In this document: in pieces, positions 1-6,888 of the stretch
Layout: each line of letters starts with the position of its first letter
Position numbering within the stretch: position 1 is the stretch's first letter
NCBI GenBank assembly: GCA_023262505.1
Contig: JALRAP010000005.1
Coordinates: 56-64,055, forward strand
From: Bacteroidia bacterium
GTDB lineage: Bacteria; Bacteroidota; Bacteroidia; AKYH767-A; OLB10
Reading direction: 5' to 3'
Length of the DNA: 64,000 bases
Made by a program: the position numbers and the translations under genes
The notes under the pieces: model-generated
What the model was told of the DNA's origin: nothing
Database searches by the model: none
The model's input: the letters and a program-made list of their open reading frames with translations, nothing else

Positions 1-133
1 CACATTTATCCTTAGTAACAGTGCCGAAAGAAATAGTCGAAATTTCACCGCCACAATAATGAACAGTTACATTGATACCAAAGGTTGGTATCAAATATAA
101 AAGAAGCAATATTGTAACTACGAATTTTTTCAT
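1..133 (-). CDS. HYC_CC_PP family small protein (5' part; runs off the window)
   Basis: Manual translation from ATG at 133 gives MKKFVVTILLLLYLIPTFGINVTVHYCGGEISTISFGTVTKDKC: hydrophobic N-terminus then HYCGG. Not in the ORF track. Confidence 0.8.
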   Translation of the reverse strand, partial: MKKFVVTILLLLYLIPTFGINVTVHYCGGEISTISFGTVTKDKC

Positions 134-146
134 TAATTGGATAACG

Positions 147-154
147 CAAAGTTA
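147..154 (-). promoter_or_regulatory. Bacteroidota -7 promoter element TAACTTTG for the HYC_CC_PP gene
   Basis: Matches TAnnTTTG; lies 13 nt upstream of the ATG. Confidence 0.55.
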
Positions 155-216
155 AGTAAAATATTGTGCAGGGTCAGTTTTATTTCTGTCAAAGTCGTCT
201 TATGGGCGTTGGCAAA

Positions 217-280
217 AAATGGCTCTTTTGGTTTTGCGAAGGTTCGGCTTGTGTGTCGGGCAAAACCAAATGTGCCATTT
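217..280. repeat. 21-bp imperfect inverted repeat (non-coding hairpin element)
   Basis: AAATGGCTCTTTTGGTTTTGC (217-237) pairs with GCAAAACCAAATGTGCCATTT (260-280) with 2 mismatches; 22-nt loop. Confidence 0.75.
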
Positions 281-477
281 GTGCGACTGGCTAAAATTGT
301 TTTTAAAAAATGCGGGGCGGAAAAAAAATAAAAAACATTGGGTTGGCTAAGGTGTCGGCTTGGTTGCCGTTTCTTTTCAGTAAGTTCTGTTTGTCGTTGG
401 TTCTCTGTCAAAATGGTTTACTTTTTTCGTTTTGTTTTCTGGCTGTCGATGGTTGTTGGGTCGTCCGCTACGCTTGC

Positions 478-540
478 ACCTAACTCAGTTATATGCGCTA
501 TGATTAATCGCTTATTGGATTAAACTAGGTTTATATGCGC
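478..540 (-). other. Possible integron-type (attI-like) recombination site
   Basis: Minus-strand GTTAGGT (GTTRRRY) at 484-478 is preceded by two exact GCGCATATAA copies (498-489 and 540-531). Strand composition changes sharply here. Confidence 0.35.
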
Positions 541-888
541 AATATCATTTGACTTATAAGCCCTTCAAAATTAATCAAAAACAGGAGAATAACTATATCA
601 ATCAACAACTACCTACAACGATCAACAACCGCCAACTCCCTCTCAATACTTCTCCCGAATCTTGTCTTCCACAAAGGCAAGATTTATGAATCAACCACAC
701 GATACCGGCTTCTGGCAGAGCGTGGGAAAACTTGGATTTTAGCCATCCTGGCTTGTTCCAAAGCGTTGTTAAGGATTTGATTCATGAATTGGTTGTTTTT
801 TAAATGCCTAATATTAACAATCAATCACTGTCAAATAGGGTCAATGGCTAGGAGAAAAACACCGTGAAAAGATGGTAAAATCACCGTC

Positions 889-932
889 TGGCAATTGGCA
901 ATGGATATATATATACCATTGCCAAATTGCCA
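889..932. repeat. Long palindrome with an (AT)n centre
   Basis: TGGCAATTGGCAATGG-ATATATATATA-CCATTGCCAAATTGCCA; the arms pair with a one-base bulge. Confidence 0.75.
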
Positions 933-1212
933 ACAGAGATATGATTTTAAAAATTGCCGAAAATTCTCTTTGCGAAAGCGTGCACTGGTGAGCGAAAGAG
1001 ATGATTCATTTCATTTGAAATGGAGTAGAGGTAAAAAAGCGGCTAAAGATTTTATCATGTCCGGAGGGTTCATTATATTTGTTGCACCAAAGAGGTGACT
1101 AAATTGAGAGTCAAGTCCCCCAACTTTCGGACTTGGTTTCCTTCCGGTGACCCCTTTGGCAAGACAAGTAAGTAACATCAAGGAAATTAGATACTTAGGA
1201 GTTGAGGTTCAT

Positions 1213-1230
1213 AATCCTCTCTCTCCGCCA
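1213..1230 (+). mobile_element. Displaced tRNA-Ser 3' end (putative attR scar of an integrated element)
   Basis: AATCCTCTCTCTCCGCCA resembles the T-arm/acceptor end of GGAGAGA-type tRNA-Ser (one C fewer than usual). No tRNA 5' half upstream. A terminator follows. Confidence 0.55.
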
Positions 1231-1241
1231 AAACACAACCC

Positions 1242-1269
1242 AATGCCCCGCAATAGCGGGGCATTTTTC
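1242..1269 (+). terminator. Rho-independent terminator
   Basis: AATGCCCCGC-AATA-GCGGGGCATT followed by a T-run. Confidence 0.7.
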
Positions 1270-1280
1270 ATTTGCTGATG

Positions 1281-1780
1281 AGCCAAGCTTGCTTGAGCGA
1301 AATCGAGCAAATGAAAATTGCAAGGCACGCAGTGCCTGCATTGGGTTGTGATTTGATGCCTCACACTATGGGAAAACGGCTCGCTTTAGCGAGACGTAAT
1401 CCTAAATATTTACACGGTACTTCGCAGGCCTCCCACCAAGGGTAATCCAAATCTCAAAAGAGATGAGCCAAGCTTGCTTGAGCGAAATCGAGCAAATGAA
1501 AATTGCAAGGCACGCAGTGCCTGCATTGGGTTGTGCTTTGATGCCTACCTCCATGGGAACATCGGATCGGGAAGCAAAGCGAAGCATGCTTCCCGATAAT
1601 CCAATACTAAAAAGGCATAAGCCAAGCTTGCTTGAGCGAAATCGAGCAAATGAAAATTGCAAGGCACGCAGTGCCTGCATGAGGTTGTGCTTTGATGCCT
1701 CACACTATGGGAAAACGGCTCGCTTTAGCGATACGCAATCCTATATATTTACACGGTACTTCGCAGGCCACCCTCAAGGG
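1281..1780. repeat. Three near-identical 81-nt direct repeats with structured spacers (REP/BIME-like)
   Basis: Copies at 1281-1361, 1466-1546 and 1620-1700 differ by 1-3 nt. Copies 1 and 3 share a further ~80-nt tail. Confidence 0.9.
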
Positions 1781-2069
1781 CTCATCAACCGAGGGGAGAT
1801 AATACGTTTCCCTTTAAATTCTATTCTAATTTCGAATCCATTCCACCGAGGCATTTACATGGCACTTCGCTAGCCTTTGTGAACAGGTATTTAAAGAGCT
1901 ACTCACTATCTCCACTAAGGAAAAAACTCTATGAACAATCAATCAAGTTGTTTTTCATTTTCAACGCAATTAGATGTAAATAACCTAAAGAAATTAAAAT
2001 CAACTTCGATAATTTGCCAATCCCAATCCTTTATCAGACCTTAGCATAACACACATAACCACCTTCCAC

Positions 2070-3611
2070 ATGAAAAAACTCGTATACCTTGTTGCCGTGC
2101 TATTGATGACAAACGGTTGCTCAAAGCCTGAATTGGATGAAGCACCTGCCAGCAGTGACGTTCTCGTTCAAAAAGAAAACCTAACCGATGCTCCAACGGG
2201 TGATGCACTTTCCAAAACGGCAGTGGACGACATCATAGTCGGGATGCGCCAAAGCAAAGGCGATTTCCAATGGGATTGGGTTGATTTGAAAACCATTTGG
2301 AGTGCTATCCAACACAGCGATCAAACAGTAGCTATCGGCTACAAACCCTACTACGAAGGGGATATTTCATCCAAACTGCATTCACTGGACCTGACCAAAG
2401 GTGACTATAAAACCGTACACGATGCGTTAATCAAATTCATTGTAGAAGAAGCAAACAAGCAATCTGCAATCAGATTGGATTGGAACGATTTGTTGGTGGA
2501 AGATGACCCATATCTTCCAATTCTCACCATCCGCACCAGCGATAAACACCTGCTCACCGCACTGTTCAACCTGAAAAACGTTCGCTACATTGAGCCGTTG
2601 GATTACCGTCCTGCATCCCCCAACAAGGTGATGTCAACCTCAGGATGCAGTCCGAGTACAGAACCCTTAAACACCGCCGATTATACCACAATCACACCCA
2701 ATGCGGTTTTACCTTGGAACTTCAATAATCATAATATTTCTCAAGCATGGACTTTGGCACAAGGCAGCGGAATCACAGTGGGAGTTATAGATGCAGGATT
2801 GAGCTCCGCCCAACCCCTATTAGGCTCACAATTCAATAATGGAGATTCCAATGTTGGCAGAACCGTCTTAGCTGAATACACTTATGGAACATCTGCCTAC
2901 ACCGGCTGCTCACATGGCAACAGCATGTCCGCACAAGCTGTTGGACCGCGCAACAACCAAGGCGCTGCCACCGGCGTTGCTTATAAAAGTAACTTGTATT
3001 TCATTCGAGGCTGCGAGGATGTGGTACTGGATTTGTCATCGGAACGAACAGCCGTTAAGAATGCCTGCACCCGATTGGGTAACAACAGAGACGTTAAGGT
3101 CATCTCAATGAGTATAGGAACGCCATTCTCCAGCAGTGTGCTTAAAGACGGTGTTGATTACGCGTATGGGAAAGGTAAACTTATCATGGCCGCGGCTGGC
3201 ACATCTCTTGATTTCACCACTTGGTATGGTGTGATTTATCCAGCCGCCTACTCCTCCTGTGTGGCAGTTACCGGCATAAAAGACAATGGAGCAACTTGCG
3301 CATCGTGCCATGACGGTAGTCAAGTAATGTACACCATCGTTATGGAACGTGCTGCTAACAGCAACCGTAATTCCTTGGCATTGCCTCCATCCGGAACAAC
3401 TCCCAATTACATCGGAGGAAGCTCATCGGCCACTGCAACTGCAGCAGGTATTGCCGCCGTAGTTTGGAGTGCCCGCCCACGCATGACACGTGCACAGGTA
3501 ATGAACTGCCTGACCTCCACTTCCCAATATTATCCTACCAGAACCTCCTCAAAAGGGTTCGGGAATCTGAATGCACTGGCTGCAACGAATTTTGCAATAG
3601 CGAATTATTAA
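2070..3611 (+). CDS. S8 subtilisin-like serine peptidase, lipoprotein
   Basis: Lipobox TNGC; catalytic motifs GVIDAG, SHGNSM and IGGSSSATA; oxyanion region MAAAG. Confidence 0.85.
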   Translation: MKKLVYLVAVLLMTNGCSKPELDEAPASSDVLVQKENLTDAPTGDALSKTAVDDIIVGMRQSKGDFQWDWVDLKTIWSAIQHSDQTVAIGYKPYYEGDISSKLHSLDLTKGDYKTVHDALIKFIVEEANKQSAIRLDWNDLLVEDDPYLPILTIRTSDKHLLTALFNLKNVRYIEPLDYRPASPNKVMSTSGCSPSTEPLNTADYTTITPNAVLPWNFNNHNISQAWTLAQGSGITVGVIDAGLSSAQPLLGSQFNNGDSNVGRTVLAEYTYGTSAYTGCSHGNSMSAQAVGPRNNQGAATGVAYKSNLYFIRGCEDVVLDLSSERTAVKNACTRLGNNRDVKVISMSIGTPFSSSVLKDGVDYAYGKGKLIMAAAGTSLDFTTWYGVIYPAAYSSCVAVTGIKDNGATCASCHDGSQVMYTIVMERAANSNRNSLALPPSGTTPNYIGGSSSATATAAGIAAVVWSARPRMTRAQVMNCLTSTSQYYPTRTSSKGFGNLNALAATNFAIANY

Positions 3612-3638
3612 TCTGAAATACAATTAATTAAACCTATG

Positions 3639-3666
3639 AGCCGTTCCATTTGGAGCGGCTTTTTTG
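3639..3666 (+). terminator. Rho-independent terminator
   Basis: AGCCGTTCC-ATTT-GGAGCGGCT followed by TTTTT. Confidence 0.75.
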
Positions 3667-3732
3667 TTATAAATCCCTAATTAAAACCACGCAGCACCTC
3701 ATTATCTTTACACATCATATCATACCACAGCT

Positions 3733-5205
3733 ATGAATCAAGTTCGCCGATTATTCCTCTGCATCATAACCACTAGCTCGGTGGTCTTTTCCGCCTCGGC
3801 TCAAAGCCTGCAGGCCGTTTTTACACATCGCACCTTTTACTCCCCTGAACAAGGTCCATACGTGGAGACCTATCTCTCGGTGGTTGGAAATAGCGTGAAA
3901 TACGCACCCACTGCGAATGGTAAGTTTCAAGCGGCCATTGAGGTAGGAGCCACTTACAAAAATGCCGCTGGCAAAGTTGTTCATGCCGACCGCTATAATT
4001 TATTGAGCCCCGAAGTGACCGATTCATCCAAGAACGCTTTCAACTTTTTGGATCAGCAAAGGGTTCAACTTCCCAATGGAGAGTACACATTGGAGCTTAC
4101 CGTGCTCGACAAAAACCGTGGTACAAAGCCAGCCACCATCAACAACACCATAAAACTGGAATACTATGAAAACATTATTGCTATTTCAGATATTCAATTG
4201 GTAGATCAGTTTACTCCTAGCACAGCCACCTCCATGATCACCAAAAGCGGCTATGATGTAGTACCATTTGCAGACAATTTTTATCCACCATCAATCGAGA
4301 AGATCCGTTTTTATGCAGAGGTTTACAACACCAATAAGGTTATAGGGGAAAATCCCTACTTGCTCTCATTCCACATAGAGAGCGAGGAGTCGAAACGCAA
4401 GTTGGATAACCTGAGTGGCTTCGTGAGACAACAAGCCGCTGCTGTAAACGTGATGATGCGAGAGATATCAATCAAGGATCTTCCTTCAGGAAACTACAAC
4501 CTTATTTTAGAAGCGAGGAACAGTCAGAATGAAATACTGGCCACCAAATCCGTTTTCTTCCAGCGCAGCAACCGATTGGCCTTGCCAGAGGGGGATGATT
4601 TCAGCAAGCTGGATGTGACTAACACCTTTGCATCCGCATTCACTAACAAAAACGAACTCACAGACCATATCCTTTCGCTTGTTCCAATAGCTAGTAGCAT
4701 CGAGCTTATCTTTATCGACAACCAATTGAAGCTCTCTGAATTGCCTCTGATGCAAAAGTTCTTTTATGACTTCTGGTTGCGCCGCAGTCCGGTGAGTCCT
4801 GAAAGTGCTTGGATCACCTATCGCACTGAAGTAATCAAGGTGAATTCGGAATTCGGCACGAAAATAATGCGCGGATATGCCACTGAGCGTGGACGTGTTT
4901 ACCTGCAGTATGGAGCACCCAACACCATTAGTCGAAATTACACAGAACCCAGTGCTTACCCTTATGAGATATGGCATTATTACAAATTAGGCAATCAAAG
5001 CAATCGTAAGTTCGTATTCTACAACCCGGATTTGGTTACCAACGATTTCCAATTGTTGCATTCGGATGCATTGGGTGAGCCTTTTAATAACCAATGGGAG
5101 GTGCTCTTACAAAAACGGAATACTCAGTCGAGGGACTACGATAACGAGTACAAGGGCGATTATTACGGCAACAAAGCCAAGGAGAATTTTACCATACCAA
5201 AATAA
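3733..5205 (+). CDS. GWxTD domain-containing protein
   Basis: Signal peptide; C-terminal FWLRR...GYATERGRVYLQYGAP...YEIWHYY pattern. Confidence 0.85.
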   Translation: MNQVRRLFLCIITTSSVVFSASAQSLQAVFTHRTFYSPEQGPYVETYLSVVGNSVKYAPTANGKFQAAIEVGATYKNAAGKVVHADRYNLLSPEVTDSSKNAFNFLDQQRVQLPNGEYTLELTVLDKNRGTKPATINNTIKLEYYENIIAISDIQLVDQFTPSTATSMITKSGYDVVPFADNFYPPSIEKIRFYAEVYNTNKVIGENPYLLSFHIESEESKRKLDNLSGFVRQQAAAVNVMMREISIKDLPSGNYNLILEARNSQNEILATKSVFFQRSNRLALPEGDDFSKLDVTNTFASAFTNKNELTDHILSLVPIASSIELIFIDNQLKLSELPLMQKFFYDFWLRRSPVSPESAWITYRTEVIKVNSEFGTKIMRGYATERGRVYLQYGAPNTISRNYTEPSAYPYEIWHYYKLGNQSNRKFVFYNPDLVTNDFQLLHSDALGEPFNNQWEVLLQKRNTQSRDYDNEYKGDYYGNKAKENFTIPK

Positions 5206-5228
5206 ACACAATCAATCAGCCCAGGCTT

Positions 5229-6239
5229 ATCAAGACCGCTGTAGTCATACTGAATTGGAATGGCCGAGGGCTGCTAGAACGCTTTCTGCCGAAACTTTTG
5301 CCTACCCTCGGCCCTGCGACCGAACTTGTGGTGGCCGATAACGCCTCCACGGATGATTCTGTTGCTTGGATGCGTACGCATCATCCCGATGTCCGAATCA
5401 TTCAAAACAGCACCAACCTCGGTTTTGCCGATGGCTATAACGAGGCCTTGAAATCGGTAGATGCCCAATACTACCTTTTGCTGAACTCTGATGTGGAGGT
5501 TACAAGCGGCTGGCTTGAGCCACTGGTAACAGCAATGGACTCCGACCCAAAACTGGCTGCTTGCCAGCCCAAGTTACTTTGGGAAAAAAAAAGAGACCAA
5601 TTCGAATATAGCGGCGCATGCGGTGGTTTCATCGACCATCTAGGCTATCCATTTTGCAGAGGAAGGGTATTCGGACAATTGGAGCAAGATCAAGGACAAT
5701 ATGATCAACCTTGCGACATATTTTGGGCTTCCGGGGCTTGCATGATGGTGCGTTCCTCTGTTTACAAAGAACTCGGAGGATTCGATCCGGTGTTTTTTGC
5801 ACATATGGAAGAGATTGATTTCTGTTGGCGCATGCGCAACTCCGGACACAACATAAGATGCATACCACATTCAGTCGTATACCATGTTGGAGGAGCCACT
5901 TTGCCAAAGAATAATTCGCGGAAAACGTTTTTGAATTTCTGCAACAACTTATCCATGCTTTGGAAAAACCTGCCGGATGATCGCCTCTTTCCTGTTATCG
6001 CCCTCAGACTTATTTTGGATGGCATTGCAGGAATCAAATTCGCCACTGAAGGGCATTTCAAAGACTGTATTGCCATTGTAAAAGCCCACTTCGTGTTTTA
6101 CAACAGGGTTATGGCAGGCAAGCTCAAGCGAAGCAGCAAAATCCTACCAACCCACCACACCATGTATTCCAAAAGTCTCGTTTGGCAGCACTATGTGCGA
6201 GGAGTCGACAAATTCTCGGAATTGAAATTTAGAAACTGA
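5229..6239 (+). CDS. Glycosyltransferase family 2
   Basis: KTAVVILNWNG, VADNASTD, LLNSD and HMEEIDFCWR motifs. The conserved N-terminus lies upstream of the ORF-track start (5298), so the start is uncertain. Confidence 0.85.
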   Translation: MKTAVVILNWNGRGLLERFLPKLLPTLGPATELVVADNASTDDSVAWMRTHHPDVRIIQNSTNLGFADGYNEALKSVDAQYYLLLNSDVEVTSGWLEPLVTAMDSDPKLAACQPKLLWEKKRDQFEYSGACGGFIDHLGYPFCRGRVFGQLEQDQGQYDQPCDIFWASGACMMVRSSVYKELGGFDPVFFAHMEEIDFCWRMRNSGHNIRCIPHSVVYHVGGATLPKNNSRKTFLNFCNNLSMLWKNLPDDRLFPVIALRLILDGIAGIKFATEGHFKDCIAIVKAHFVFYNRVMAGKLKRSSKILPTHHTMYSKSLVWQHYVRGVDKFSELKFRN

Positions 6240-6246
6240 AACCATC

Positions 6247-6858
6247 ATGAAAATCATTTGTGTTGGACGCAATTATGCGGAACATGCCAAAGAATTGAAC
6301 AATCCGGTAAACGATAAGCCGGTAATATTTTTGAAACCCGAAACCGCCCCATTGATCGGCAAACTGCCGTTTTTCATCCCCGACTTTTCCAAAGATGTAC
6401 ACCACGAAGCAGAAATCGTGGTGCGCATCAACAAGACGGGCAAGAACATTGAAGAGAAATTCGCACACAGGTATTACAACGATGTCACCATAGGAATTGA
6501 TTTCACTGCACGCGATTTGCAATCGGAATTGAAAAGCAAAGGACTACCGTGGGAACTTTCCAAAGCATTCGACGGCTCTGCACCATTTGGCGAATTCATA
6601 CCAAAAGAAACCGCCATGCGTGATGGTGCGATTAAATTCCATTTACTGAAGAATGGAGCGGTAGTACAAGAAGGAACATCCGCCGACATGATTTTTCATA
6701 TCGACCGAATCATATCCTTCGTTTCCGAATATTTCACCTTGAAAATCGGTGACCTCATTTTCACCGGCACTCCTAAAGGCGTTGGACCGGTTAAGTCAGG
6801 CGACTTATTGGAGGGGTTCATTGGTGACAAGAGATTGCTGGAGGTGAAAGTCAGGTAA
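6247..6858 (+). CDS. Fumarylacetoacetate hydrolase family protein
   Basis: KIICVGRNYAEH, HHEAE, DFTARDLQ, SKAFD and GDLIFTGTP motifs. Confidence 0.92.
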   Translation: MKIICVGRNYAEHAKELNNPVNDKPVIFLKPETAPLIGKLPFFIPDFSKDVHHEAEIVVRINKTGKNIEEKFAHRYYNDVTIGIDFTARDLQSELKSKGLPWELSKAFDGSAPFGEFIPKETAMRDGAIKFHLLKNGAVVQEGTSADMIFHIDRIISFVSEYFTLKIGDLIFTGTPKGVGPVKSGDLLEGFIGDKRLLEVKVR

Positions 6859-6888
6859 ATATGAATCTATGTTTGTAAATTAGCGACA

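Noticed and set aside
133-523. ORFs 133..411, 137..331 and 338..523
   Set aside because: They are by-products of skewed, hairpin-containing non-coding DNA.
684-785. 33-aa minus-strand ORF MNQILNNALEQARMAK...
   Set aside because: It could be a gene relic, but it is short and matches no family I recognise.
1140-1230. Intact tRNA-Ser
   Set aside because: No GGAGAGA 5' acceptor strand, D-arm or canonical TTCGA T-loop. Only the 3' fragment is present.
1281-1780. CRISPR array
   Set aside because: The repeats are 81 nt (too long), the spacers are unequal and one recurs, there are only three copies, and no cas genes are present.
1831-1839. TTCGAATCC T-loop-like 9-mer
   Set aside because: It has no flanking stem or acceptor sequence, so it is probably chance.
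1402-1873. ORFs 1463..1873 (+) and 1402..1680 (-)
   Set aside because: They run through the repeat array and have no protein-like features.
3400-3450. S8 peptidase inactive because GTSMA is missing
   Set aside because: GGSSSATA keeps a Ser at the catalytic position, and the Asp and His motifs are present.
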